Part shown: positions 26,396 through 39,261 of the stretch, in pieces
Layout of the letters: every line of letters begins with the position of its first letter
How positions within the stretch are numbered: position 1 is the stretch's first letter
Source: Pelomyxa schiedti
Taxonomy: Eukaryota > Protista > Evosea
Direction of reading: 5' to 3'
Length of the DNA: 64,000 nt
Assembly (NCBI GenBank): GCA_020536535.1
Contig: JAHLWZ010000470.1
Span: 62,084-126,083 of the forward strand
Program-made: the position numbers and the translations under genes
The notes under the pieces: model-generated
The model's input: only the letters and a program-made list of their open reading frames with translations
What the model was told of the DNA's origin: nothing
The model's database searches: none

Positions 26396-28316
26396 TCAAG
26401 ATGATAGGGAGGAGAGGAGGGCTGTGGTGTATGTTTGAACAGCTTCCTGCAGACGTGCACAGAGAGCGGCAGTGGCACTGGAGTTATGTATCTGATTGGG
26501 GGTCAGCTGGAAGATGAATGGGTTTTTTTCCGGGCAAACCATTTGTTCTAGAATAGCTTCATGCTGTTTATTGACTTCGGAAGTAGCTGTTCGAAACTGT
26601 GACGTGGTAAGACCACTGGGTAGAGATTGCTTAGTCACATACTTGCTCAGTTTCAGCAATTAACATGCTCTCTTCTTTACTCACCACTTCTTGAAAAGCC
26701 TTTAAATCAGCGTCCATCTTCTCAAAATTTGCCTGTCCAATTGGTTTTTGATTGAGGAAAAGGAATGATGTTGATCAGAACACACCAGCTGTTGGTTGTG
26801 GAGCTCTTCCAATTTTGCAACTTTCTCGGAGAGAGATGTACATGTTGCGTTCGCATGTTCAATCTCAGAATCAATTTCCACAAGGGAGGAAGCGGCAGAT
26901 TCCGAGGAAGCCTTTGCTTTATTAGCCTCATTTTTGACTTGGGCAAGCTTCTCCATATCATCAGCCACTAGGTTTAGTGCTGTCGAGCACTTGACCAGTT
27001 TCTACAGTGAATTAGGGAAAAAAAAGTTGTGCAGCAGAGTGTACTTTTTCATAGTTATCCAGAACAACCGACAAGGATTTTAGTTCATTGAACTGTCTTT
27101 CCGATTCTTGCGTAGCTTTATTTTCCTTTTCAATGTTTTCCTCAAGTTCTTTCACTGTCTAAAGGATGGGTTAAACTCAGCTAGTAATTGTGTGCTCACT
27201 TTTTCAAGTTGTTCAGGTGGTTCTACAAGTTGGGAACGAAGAATATCAGAACCTTGTTTTGTTGATTTTAACTCAAATTCGATTCGTGACTATTACATAA
27301 GTTGGCTAGGAAACAACTAGAGAAACTCTTACTAGTTTTTCAGTCAAAGTTTCTTGCTCTGATTTCTTATTTTCTAATTCATCTGTGAGTGCTTGTTGCT
27401 TTATATGCTGAGCCAGCACTTCAGTTTCCAGATTGCATAATTTTTTTTGTTGCTCCTCAACCTGAGACTTGAACTGCTCTATTTTCTTTCTATCAAGGAT
27501 TAATAAGCAACAGTGTGTTAAGAGGCAAACACAATAGGGAAGCTCTTTCTTTTTCGGCAGAATCCAGTTCTGTTCTGAGTGCTTCCATCTGTAATTCAGC
27601 TGTTTCCTGGATTTACTGCATGATCTAATGCCCATTTCCCAAACCACCACAACAGGCAAATGAACATAAAAAAATGCTCAAGGAATAGTTACAATTGCAT
27701 ATAAACTGTCTGTGAACTTTGCACGTGGCTCATCCATGTATTTCATGCAGTTTATAAATGCAGAAAACATCTGTCTCATTTTTTGAGGGTGTGGGGTAGT
27801 GAAGTCCACAGTCGGATCAAAATCGTTATAGCCGCACTTCTGGCAAAGGTCCATCCTGAAAGTCTTAGGTAAAAGAAAACGAAAGCTGTTCCTACACATG
27901 ATTCTGAAAAGTAATTTCTGCCACAGAGTCGCTAGGCAGACTTAAGAAAAAAGGGGGGGCCAGATGCATAACAAACCGGAGGAGGTCTGGTGGCAACCCT
28001 GTGGCTTTAAGTACATTCCAATCTGGCTCTCTCAGTTCCTCCATGTCTATGCCAAGTATTTGCTTCAATACGCATTCACACACACCCCTTACAATCTTTT
28101 GGTTTGTTTTGGAATCAAAGGCCAACAAAGAAAAAGCAGTACTTCTCCAGTGGGAGCCCCAATGTCGTGTTCAGAGTAAGGCATTCGCAGCCTCTTGAGC
28201 ACATTGGTGATATCAGAAACAGACAACACCTGGAACGTATACGTCCCCACACCCATCACCGGACCTTCCACTACACTCACACTACTTGACGTGCTGGTGG
28301 TGTGCTGAGTGGCCAT
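26396..28316 (-). CDS. NUF2: Kinetochore protein Nuf2 (CH domain plus long coiled coil)
   Basis: YTFQVLSVSDI...CGYNDFDPTVDFTTPHPQKMRQMFSAFIN matches the Nuf2 N-terminal domain. Heptad-rich exons follow and end LQEAVQTYTTALLSSLSS*. Confidence 0.75.
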
Positions 28317-28492
28317 TTGTTTAGTTTTTTTATAATTGTTTTTGTCATTTCAGAGATCTGGAGAAACGCATGGCGTTTGGCAGGACAAAATTGATCGTAA
28401 TAATGTGTCATTCCTATGACACTAGTGCCCTGGCAGATGTGTTGGGAGTTGTCAAACGGATCTGAGTCATTTTTCACTCTTAAAGTCACGTG

Positions 28493-29428
28493 ATGAAGGC
28501 GTATGTGCGGACCCCCGTCAGGCAAACACCCAAGCAAAACAAGAACCACAACGGAACTGCGCAAGTGAAACCCAATGCACCCGTTGTATCACAGTGGCAA
28601 CAGGGCTGGCTGTTTTGGCTGTTTTCTGTTACGTTTCATGCCGTATCTCTCGGAGTCATTTGTGTGTGTTTGAACACCTTGAGCCAGTTCAGCTTCACTT
28701 ACGGCAGCACTCTCGTGTGCGTGATTTACACTTTTGTTCATGCCGTAGGAAAATATGCCTACATCCTTGCATTGACCCACTACAAGATACTATTGGGCAA
28801 CTTGGCTTCAATTTTCTTTCTTTGGCCTCGCTGTTGTGTGTAACTTGACCCCGAGAATATTAGTACCAGATGAAATCAGCCCTCGAGGATGGCTCCACGA
28901 GTTTTTATTGAGATTAACAACCTCCTCATCTCTTGCTACGTGTATTATTTTTATGGTGCGCGATTTGAGATTCAATCTCTGTTCACTCCATGACAGATCC
29001 AGTATTTTATGAAGAATGATGTCTTCTCCTCCAACGATCCCCGGATTGTACTAGGCATTAACGTGCTTGCACCACTTCTTGTTCTACTGGAAAGCATCTT
29101 GATGAATCACTCTCGCCTGCCACTCACATTTGGTGCCCTTTTCGAGGACGCTTTCCTAAACGTAAGTATCACTCTCCCCAAAGCCATACCTTTCACGGTT
29201 AAATAACAGATAACGTGCGGCACATTGTACGTCGGTCGAATTGTATACAGACATGCCTTCGAGCAACGGAACTACCCTTACCCAATCCTCAACTCCCGCC
29301 CACCAATTGAAGTTGCTGGCATCTGTGCCGCAGCCTTGTCCATTTGCTGGCTCGTTTCTCTGCTCTTCAATCTCCTCTGCCCAAGACTGAACAGCTACCG
29401 GGCACTCCGCAAAGCCAAGAAGACCTGA
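28493..29428 (+). CDS. FAR-17a/AIG1/ADTRP-like multipass membrane protein
   Basis: About six hydrophobic segments, with ALTHY, APLLVLLE and YPYPILN motifs in AIG1-like order. Confidence 0.55.
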
Positions 29429-29623
29429 CCGGCCATTCACGTGGGCACGGCGTTACCTTTTGTCTCATATTGTGAGAAAGAGAGTCTTCCTGTTGTTTAT
29501 CATCGGACTTCAATTCCGCAAAAATCATCCATCGGATGAAAAAAGGCGAGACAGCGCGTTTCCTTTTTCCTCTCTTCGGCAAACAAACAAAAAACAAAAA
29601 CCCAGTGATCGAAGCACACAGAC

Positions 29624-32402
29624 ATGAAGAGTTGGTGGTCGCAAGCGGCAGCGCAGGCCAGTAAATTTGGAATTGCTATTCCAACTGGTGACTCCAAGTC
29701 ACACGAATCGCAGGACGAAAACAGTGCGTTACTTGTTGTCCCCTTGAAATTATTGGGGAAAACCTACCCTTCTTTTGCGTGCATTTATACGCGTAAAAAC
29801 AATGTCTCTTTAGTAGTGTTTGGTGTATTGTATTCTGTACTGATTCTGTTACATAAGTATCCATTACTGTCAAGTCAGTTTCACTGGCTTCTTCGGGGTC
29901 ATCCAATCCCCCACCACCCCCACCAAAACCCGCTGGATTGAATAATAGTATGGGATTGGCACCCGCTTCACCAGGCGGGGGCCCAACGATGGGACTGCCT
30001 CCTCCTCCCTCAAACTACCCAGATCAACATAGTGAGAACCTTTTATATACCTTTCCGTTTGACTAATTTTCCCCCCTCTCAGCAGTGTCACCGGCCCGCC
30101 CACAGCTGACACGTCAGGAAAGTGCCAGAGTTATGGTACCGGAACCTACAATTACGCCTGATATGGATGCGGAAACTGTAGCCATTCTGCGAAAGAGATA
30201 TGAGGAAGACTTGTGCGCCCAACCAAATTTTACTGTTCCTTCTAACACTGTTTCTAGACGTCGAGCAGAACAAAAAGCAATGCTCAGAAGAAAAGCTGAT
30301 GAACTCGAAAATGAGCATAAAATGGAGCTGGTACGTCGAGAAGCCGAAGACAGGAAAAGAAAGTATGCAGGAAAATATGTACCTTGAAAGTAAGGCAATT
30401 ATCCTCTAGGGCAGATTTTGACCATGTGCTGTTGGAAGTGGAGGACAAACTAAAGAAATTACAGCAAAGTGCTGAACAAGAAGCAAAAGAAAGAGGTTAC
30501 CCACTATTCCAAACAGGGTGATGGTATTTAACTCTGAGCCGATTATAGAGCGAAAGCAACAAGAACTTCGGTTACGTGAAGCTGAGCGCGTTAAACAAAT
30601 GAATGCATCTAAGCATCATGAGTGTGATGTTACAGAAGGTGCAGAGCGAACTCAAATACAACACAAGAGGCAAAATGAAGATAGAGAGCGCCAAGAGAAA
30701 AGGGAACAGTGGAGGAGAGAGGAGGAAGAGCGCATGCGTCGTGAGCATGAAGCAAGACTCAAAGCCCAAGAAGAGCGCGAGCGCCAAGAATTCGAGGTAC
30801 TTGGCCATTGGTCTGGTTTTATTTCATCTTTTTCAGGTTATCCAACAACAAAGGCGGGATGAAGACAAGAGGCTGGAAGATAAATTTGCCTCTGCACGAA
30901 AAGCAGAATTAGAACGAGTGGCATCAGAGGCATCAACAAGACAAAAGCAATTTGAAGACTCAGAAAGAGCGGAAGCAAGCGAGAAGGCAGTGGAGCTCGA
31001 GAAAGCTAAAAATGCAATTCTTCACCACCGACATGAACTGGAGGAAAAAGAGAGCAATGATATTCTAAACATCAAGAAAACTCGAGAAGCCTCTGATCTG
31101 GAATGGGCCGAGGGCGTAGCCAAAGTCAAAAGAGACAGAGAAGATATAGAGCGTATGGAACTAAAAGAGAGGGTACGTAGACAACAAGAGGATATTGAAC
31201 GAATGGAAGCCAAAGAAAGAGCTGAACGTGAGACTGCAGACAGGAAGAGAAGGTAGTACACATTGTATGTGAGAAAATTAAGTTTTTACGATGTAGAGAG
31301 CAACTTGAACGTGTGCGGAGGGAGCAAGAGCAGCTTGAACGTCAGGAAGTAGAAGAACAAGAAAGAAGAGAGAAAGAAGATAGAGACAGGCAGCTTCTTA
31401 AGGAACGAATTGCTACTGGTGTTTTATCTGGCAATACCACTTCTAATAGTGAGGTACCCGTTGTGATTCCACCGAAACCAGCAGCACTTTCCCAACCAAT
31501 GAATGTGAGTTATCTTGTCCCCTGTATTTTTTCACATGCATATTTCAGGAACCAAAAACGCCGACACCTCCAAATAAACCAGCCTTTTCTGTAGCAGTAC
31601 TTCCTCCCCTTCCAAATGCCACGCCAGCAAGAACCCCCTCCCCACCAACAACTTCAATTTCACTTGCCACACCCAACTCTGGTGCTCCTGCAAAGAAGCT
31701 ACCAGTGCCACCACCCAAACCGGTACGCCTGTGAGATGCTCACTTCCCAACAACTAACATTTTCTAGATGGACTCACCTGAAGTGGTTCATTCCCCTCCA
31801 ACACCCACACCTGTATTATCACCAGTATCACAACCTCTACCCACAACACCAGCAACCCCCACCCCACAGCCAACAGAAGCCAAGCTCAAGGCAGGGGGCG
31901 CTCCTGGAGGTATTACCCAAGTTATGCTTCTTTGATCACACTCACACCGTGTCAGGATTCAACGTTGCCATTATCACGCCCGAACAAAAGCAGCAGTATG
32001 CCGCGTTGTTTGCAAAAGCCGATATAGACAAAGATGGATATCTCAATGGTAATTTTCATTTTTTTTTTAAAAAAAAACCTCACACTCTATAGGACAGGAG
32101 GGCAAGGCATTCTTCGCTAAATCGAAATTACCATTTGAGCTGCTTGGTAGTATTTGGTATGCACTTTTCACCTAGAAGGTGTTCCCTTCCTTAAACACCT
32201 TCAGGAGAATGGCCGATTTTGATGGTGACAAGAAACTCAATCCAAGTGAGTTTGCAGTTGCCATGCACTTAGTTTACAAGTTGAGTTCCGTTCCATTCCA
32301 TTCCACTTTTATTAACGTTACAATCCCAGTTGCTTGCATCACCACAACGACTTACCGCAAAGCATCCCCGAGTCCCTAAAACAATCAGCCATGTCTTCCT
32401 AA
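29624..32402 (+). CDS. Coiled-coil/Pro-rich protein with C-terminal EH (Eps15-homology) domain
   Basis: ITPEQKQQYAALFAKADIDKDGYLNG...FFAKSKLP...IWRMADFDGDKKLNPSEFAVAMHL, preceded by E/R-rich helical exons and a Pro/Thr-rich linker. Confidence 0.85.
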
Positions 32403-32506
32403 ACCCCCTCCTATCCTTTCTAAATCGCTTTCTAAAAACTCTAGCTATTCATCTAAGCTTCTTGTCTGTTTTTTTTAACGTCTTCGTTCAAAACCCCACG
32501 AAGACG

Positions 32507-34297
32507 ATGAGTGGCAGAGGCGTAGATTACGACAAATTGAGGGAACTGCGTAGATCCATTCACGAACAGCCTAGATTAGCGTCATGTGAGGGCGATACGT
32601 GTGACACTGTGTTGTCGTTTCTCAGTCTGTCTCATGCAGACCCACCAGCGGTTTTTTTTCCCCCCCATTTGGTGTTGGAGTGTTGGGCAACAACTCATTG
32701 ATTGATTGATTCATTCATTCGTGGATTGATTTCCTGCACAAAGGGAGTCCATGTGGTGAAGAATATGGGAAAATCTGGATTGGCTATCATTTTTGATGGG
32801 GTGGAGGCTGGCCCATGTGTTTGTTTGAGGGCGGATTTGGATGCTTTGCCCATTTCTGAAGAACACATGCGGGACAGACTTCCATATACCTCTAAGGTTA
32901 AGGCCTTTTAGCTCAGTGAAAGGGAGATACATAACACTAACGTATCAGGTACCTGGAGTTTCTCACAAATGCGGTGAGCTCACTCCCTTTTTTACCCCCC
33001 GTCTTGGTTCTCTTCTTTTAACCCCGCTCAATCATATGTTCTCCCCAAATTCAGGTCATGATGGGCACACAACCATTCTTTGTGGCGTTGCTCAGAGCTT
33101 ACTGGAAAGCCCGCCAAGGCGTGGAAAAGGTGTCCTTCACACTCTTTTTCTTTCATCTTCTTTTTAGCTTATCACCTGGGAACAGTCGTTCTTCTCTTTC
33201 AACCTGCTGAGGAGAGAGGTTATGGGGCTCGGCAAGTAATACAGGATCCCCGTTGGAAATCTCACATAAATCCGTCCTTCATGTGTGCGAGTATCTCCTT
33301 AGCACCTTAATTACATCAAAAACAAGGTTCGGACTGCACAATTTACCTACCTTTGAGAAGCATGCCATCGTTTCTCGAAATGGTATCTTTGCCTCCGCTT
33401 CCACTGGTCTTACTGCCGAGTTCTCCGGGCAGTCTTCTCATGCATCACATCCTGAGGAGGTACAGTTTCTAAACCACTTCTCCCTGTAACCTTCGCAACT
33501 CACTCCTAGGGGCGCTCTCCGGCAATAGCAGTTGCCGCCACCGTTATGCAGTTACTTTCTATCCCTCCTTGCTTTACGGAATTTGGCAATGCCGCTTTAA
33601 TTACTGTCGTACATAGTTCTGTTGGCGTTAAGGTGGTATCCATTTCTAAAACTTTGCTGTTGACTTCCTGTAGGACGCTTTTGGCACGAGTCCCGGTGGC
33701 GGGATTGTGCAGTGCACACTTAGGAGTCATTCCAACGGCGACATGCACAAATTGAGGGAGCAATCTGAGAAAGTAATCTCTACCACTTCTTCATGCTACA
33801 ACTTAACCTCCAGTGTGAGGTAATATCCACACACACAAAAATTTACATCACTGACATTCCTTTCCAGCTACACTGACGAGTTTGATGCCTTACAGAATGA
33901 CTCCAACTGCGTGGACATGATTGTGGCTGCCTCCAAACAATGTGGTCTCAAGTCCATCAATCAGCCAATACCCATGCCGTGGTCAGAAGACTTCGCTCAA
34001 TACACGTATCCCTCCCCATCCCAACACAACGAAACGCCAAGGGGCACAAACTCTGATTCCCACAGGTCACTCTGTCCATGTGGCTTCTTCTGTGTTGGAA
34101 TGGGTAACTCAGCACCACTCCATGCCCCCGATTACGACTTTGATGACGACTTGGTGAGCTGCCACCCATCATAAACTCTTCTTCTTTACACTCAAACAAC
34201 CCACCCACCCACCCACCCAACCCTTTGTTTCTCACAACAAACAACGAAGATCATGACCGGCGTAAGAATGTTCCTGGCTCTTTTGGCTGCTTTTTGA
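32507..34297 (+). CDS. M20D amidohydrolase (hippurate hydrolase/aminoacylase-like)
   Basis: LRRSIHEQP, LRADLDALPI, SHKC/GHDGH, LLFQPAEE, FGLHNLP, SSHASHPE, WSEDFA, LHAPDYDFDD. Confidence 0.93.
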
Positions 34298-34408
34298 TTT
34301 TGACAGCTGACACTACAACCCTGCTTGCCAGCAGATCCAATCTATCTCCTATCTGCTGGTTTTGGATTTTTAATAAAAAGACAAAACTTGTTAATTAAGG
34401 TGGCAACA

Positions 34409-36089
34409 ATGTGGGGTATGCCAAGAATGGGCAGTTACTACGGCTCGTGGGGTGGTGTCGGAAGCTACAGCGAGATGCCGGCGCCGTCGAGCTCGGGGGG
34501 GTCTTCGTCTTCCTCCCCCTCGTCGGCGTCGGACACTGCAGGCAAGACGGCGGTCAAGTCAAAGGCATCGGGGGCCGCCCCAGCCGCAGCGGCAGCCGCC
34601 GCCTCCTCCTCCGCGGTCGGCTCGTCCCCGCCGTCTCCGTCTCCTTCGCCGTCTCCGTCGCCCCCTTCCTCCCGCTCGTACATGTCGTCCGCAGCGGCGA
34701 CGCCCCCGCCGTCTTCATTATCACACTGGGGACGACCCATGGGACCTCCTGCGCTGCCTCCGCCGTCGTCCTCGTCTTCTTCGTCTTCTTCGTCTTCATC
34801 GTCGTCGTCGAAGCACGGCGGCGGTGGTATCTCGTCATCGTCGGCGGCGGCGGCGGCGGCGTCGAAGGAACGCCCGCGCGAGATTGGGTCAAATCACGCG
34901 TCGCATTCCCATCCTCATGCTCATTCTCACTCGCCGCCGGAGGAGGAGGAGGAGATACTGGCGGGGAAGAAGAGGCCTGCTGCCAGCTTGCTCAAGAAAA
35001 CTGGTTCAAACAAGCATGGTGAGGCTGATGCTGATGATGACAGTGATGACGGCGACGAGGATGATGCCGGCTATGGCAAGGAGAAAGAGGGAGTGGTGAA
35101 TAGGCCGAAAATCAGGAAGTCGCTGCTGTCTCAGAGGGAGCGGGAGCGGGACATATTTCAGGTTGTGCTAGTGGATACACCCAGACCGGTAAAGCCAATC
35201 CTTAGGCTGTCTTGTATGTCGCCCCCACTTGCAATTTAACTTATCTCGTAATTTTCGCCTTGTGGGATAATTTCTAACTGTTCAATTTTTTCCTCTCTGC
35301 TTTCTCTCTGCTCGAGTACAGCCAAGGAAGTATCTCTTACTTGCAGGAAGGTATTTACTTGGTTTTTGAGTCACACACTATGTTATTAAAGCCGGCAATC
35401 AACATCGATTAGGCCTATATGTTGTCCAGGAAACGTGAAGGAGAGCACCAAGTTCGTGTAGAGGAGGCAATTAATGAGGTTGAAGAACCAGAGGAAGAGG
35501 AGGGAGAGGGAGAGGGGGAGGAGGAACCGGCAGAAAAAGAAAAAGGGTCTGAGGTAGAAAAAAAGTCGTCTCACAGTAAAAGGTATCTCGCTCTGACACC
35601 CTACCTTTTTGAATGACATTCATTTTCGTAGTAGAAAACCAAGCAAACCAGGGCTCATTCCTGAGGTCTGTACTTGGAATAGTGGTTGTACATAAACTAA
35701 CCGTTCGTATAGAACATTTTGGAGGAGCTTAGCACACCACAACATACTTTTTTAACCGGCCTTCTTATGGATCAACTGAAAGAGAAGCTTAGGTATGAGC
35801 TTACCTCCTCCGTACTTACAGTTGACTCTGCTATAGGTCAAACGAATGCAGTGTCATTGGTTGCAAGGCAGATCTCCAAAGGCGCGTTGCTTTCAACTTC
35901 ATACATGGAACTGCACCCCATTGCCCTAAATGCACTGCTCTTACTAAACGCACAGCGACAGGTTTCCTCTTCACTTGGTTAAATTGTAGTGACACTTCTC
36001 CAGACAAATTCCACTGCCGTAAACACTGCAAGGCACACCACCTCAAATCAGTTCCGTGGAAAGTGCTCCCTGCAACTGACCCCCTCTAG
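34409..36089 (+). CDS. Low-complexity protein with C-terminal PADR1 (PARP1 Zn3)-like zinc domain
   Basis: Spliced C-terminus: QLKEKLRSNECSVIGCKADLQRRVAFNFIHGTAPHCPKC...DKFHCRKHC...SVPWKVLP. This parallels PARP1 LKELL.FN....SG...LDRVADGMVFGALLPCEEC...YYC...C...W. The N-terminus is Ser/Ala/Pro and acidic low-complexity sequence. Confidence 0.55.
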
Positions 36090-36270
36090 CTTTCGTGCCT
36101 GCTTGACTGTACTCCTAGCACCAAAAATTCTTAATTCTTTATTCCTTGTGCCATGCAGAAATTCATGGGCATAGTTCGAAAAAATCAATTTCTTTTGTGA
36201 AGATTTTTCAAACACACCCAACATTTTTTGCACACGGAATTTACAAATGATGCTGAAAGGGCAGACGGGA

Positions 36271-38935
36271 TCAATCCAGAACAACCAAAGAACCTTTTTT
36301 CCGCCAGTGTTCCCTGAGAGGAAACTTGAATGAGCGCTTCATCACCCAGAAATGCTTGAGACGAGACCACAGGTGGAAATCACCCACCATAAGGAGCAAC
36401 AATACGGCAAAGAGAACAACAAGCATCGGCGCAAAGGCCTGTGAGAAGTTAGTCAAGTATACCTATCAGACTGCAAAAACTTTACCTCCAGATAGAACTT
36501 GATCCTTCTAGATCCCTGCAACTTGAGGCACAGCAGAATCTCAATGGTGATGAAAGGTGATGACGCCACAAAAACCATTGTGGTCATGAGAAGGCCTGAC
36601 CGGAACCAACTTGGGTTCCTTAAGGAAAATTAGCATCGAGGGGACTCTGCGGCTATAAAACTAACTGGTAGAAGTGTGGGTCACATAATGTGAAAGCCGA
36701 TACAAAAGCGCCAATATCTATTAGCCACAGGGGGGAAAACACTGCCCAAGAGCTCCACTGCATGATGCCTTGTAATCTGAGTAAAGAGAACACCTAAAAA
36801 GAAAAAATTAAACGGGAAAAAAGATCCACGGGACGATACCAAGAAAAAGAAGAGGGCACCTGTGCAACCAGCCAAAAACATTTTCAGAACTTTGTTCTCA
36901 AGTTCCTTGACAACTATCTCGCGAACGAAAATGAAGGCTAGTAGGGAATTTGCAGCAAAAAGTGGTGTAAACGTGAAAAATAATCCGTATACAAAGGCAT
37001 CAACCTAAAACTGAATGAAAAGAACAAAGATGAACTGGTGAAATACCTCAAGACTTATACAAGCAAATGGCGGGAACAGAGTCATTACAATGGTGAGAGC
37101 GAACCACACTGTACACTCGATCTTGGCCATTTAGATATGAAGAAGTAATGACTAATTATACTTTATCGTCACTGAAGCAAGAGCAGAACAAGTTGATCCA
37201 TCCAAATAGACAGCGTGACATAAATTCCTTGTCCATAAAGTCTCTCACAAAAAAATACCACCACAGCGCCGTGGAGCCAAGAACCATTATCGTGAGCAGC
37301 CAGCAAGGTATAAGAACAAGACCCCTGGAAAAGGTCAGTTTCTTGAAGACCATCACTTCAACATGTGAGAGTAATACCAGTTCCAGTCTATGAACTGATC
37401 CATCTTCAAGACAACAAAACACCCAAGAAGGAGCCACAATATCACACTCGCATAATCGACGAGTGGAGAATTGAAAAGCCTCAGAAAGAATACAAACTTG
37501 TAGGAAACCATTTCCTTGTGATTCTCAGAAAAAAAAAAGTGTTCTAAGGGAAAACCTGTAGGTCCAGAATTTTCTCTTCAAATAAGAAGTTCAACTTCGA
37601 TTGATGTGAGTAATTGCTTGAATTTATTCTTTATCCCTTACTTGTTTGTATTCTTCATACTCTTGTTGTTCAGCTTCAGTGGAGCCTTGAACCTGGGGGC
37701 AAATATGTCCCAAGAAAAAATGAAACCAGCTTCTTACCACACGACGTCTATGTGACATCTTCCACTTGCGAATTAGCCACTTTGTCTTGTACAGCTGTTT
37801 ATAATCTCTGTTTTCCATACATATATCAGTTTCCTAAACCAAAAAAATTGTTTTCCTCAAATCGGCCTGGGGAAAAAAAGTACATCAATTTCAGGAGTCA
37901 ATTCAGCCAAACAGATTTCTCTCCATAATCTGTGGTCCTCTGATGCATCTCTCCAACGGTGTGACACCAGGGTAACTGGAAAATGATTTGTAAGTGCGAG
38001 TGCTTCCTCAGGCAGGAAAATAACCTGCACAAAGGTCCTGCATCCCTAAAAACGAGAATATAAGCATGCATATTTCGTAAGGTAAAATTTCCAAAGGGTC
38101 CTGTCATGTGGTTACTTTTGATTTTTTTCGAGTTGGATGATACCATGGCATTTCGTAGCCTTCTCCTCTGCTCACAAGAATCTGAGCCATACCTTAAGTG
38201 ACCTCGTTTTGCAGTCCGTAGAGATGACGGAGTTGCAGGTGGAGTGAGTGGAATAGCACTCTCCATGGACGGGACCAACTCGTAATTCTGAATTTGCCCA
38301 GGGCTTCCCATAGTGACTAAAGCGCTACTTGTAGTCGTGGTTGTTGTGCTAGCAGTGGTTGCACCATCACTTTGAGGGTCATTCCCATTCGCATTAGTAT
38401 TGTGATTACCAGTGCCGCTCAACGTGGTTTCAACCTCGTCCACGTAGTCATTGTCAGAATCATAATCATCATCAGAGTCCTCATCGCCTCGCCTATGAGA
38501 GCAGCCACGTTGGGCTTTTGAATCGCCATAAATGGAAATTGACTCTAGTGCCATTCTCAGTGAATCCACACTCGGCGGCTGCGGCAGCGAATCAAACACG
38601 CCGCGAGCGCGGATTTCGAACGAACTCCTCTGCGAGCCGTGCGGAGGCGGCGATGGCGACGACGCCTTTGTCGGCGATTGCATGGCGGAGAGGCATCGTC
38701 GGGCGGCGCTCGGCGATCGCGGCGGCGGCGGAGAGCTACGTGAGGGAGGGGAAGATCTGGGAGCGCCGGGGGGCGACGGAGATGGAGATCTCGATGAGGA
38801 CGAGGAGGACGACGAAGGGGATGGCGAATGCGAGGGGATCAAAAGTGCGTGCTCCGCGTAGTCTTCCTCGCCTTCGTCCTCACCACCGACAGTGCTACTT
38901 ATAAGATTAACCACGGAATGAAGGGTGGCGTCCAT
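36271..38935 (-). CDS. F-box protein with C-terminal multipass membrane domain (TMEM185-like)
   Basis: The spliced F-box DPLEILPYEICMLIFSFLGMQDLCA/VTLVSHRWRDASEDHRLWREIC lies at about 37905-38100, in a different frame from the listed ORF. Several hydrophobic exons follow (LVLIPCW, FTFTPLF, FSQAFAPM). Confidence 0.75.
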
Positions 38936-39261
38936 CGCCACCAATCAAACAAAAATTGTAATTTGTAGTTCAACGGCTTCCAAACAAAACGGGAAAAACA
39001 CGGGGAGGTTCCGCAAACTGTTTGTTACTGTGACCAGAACCCCACGGTGATGCAAACAAACAAACTTCCTCAGATTCACACGGTGTCACTCAGAGTGCCA
39101 TCCAGGTTCGCTTTTGGAAAGACCTGGGAAATCCAGGTTGAACACGATCGCCTACAGCTACAGCAAGAAGGACCAAATTTGACAACTTCATCACAAACTC
39201 AACTTGTGTTTACAACAGAGGCCCGGCCAGTGAGGCTGAAAAAAAAAACCAACACGGGCGA

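Noticed and set aside
34411-35099. Long overlapping ORFs in several frames at GC-rich first exons (also 19.6-20.2, 38.5-38.9, 39.6-40.4 and 46.1-47.1 kb)
   Set aside because: Shadow ORFs caused by high GC and trinucleotide low complexity. One frame per locus carries the recognisable protein.
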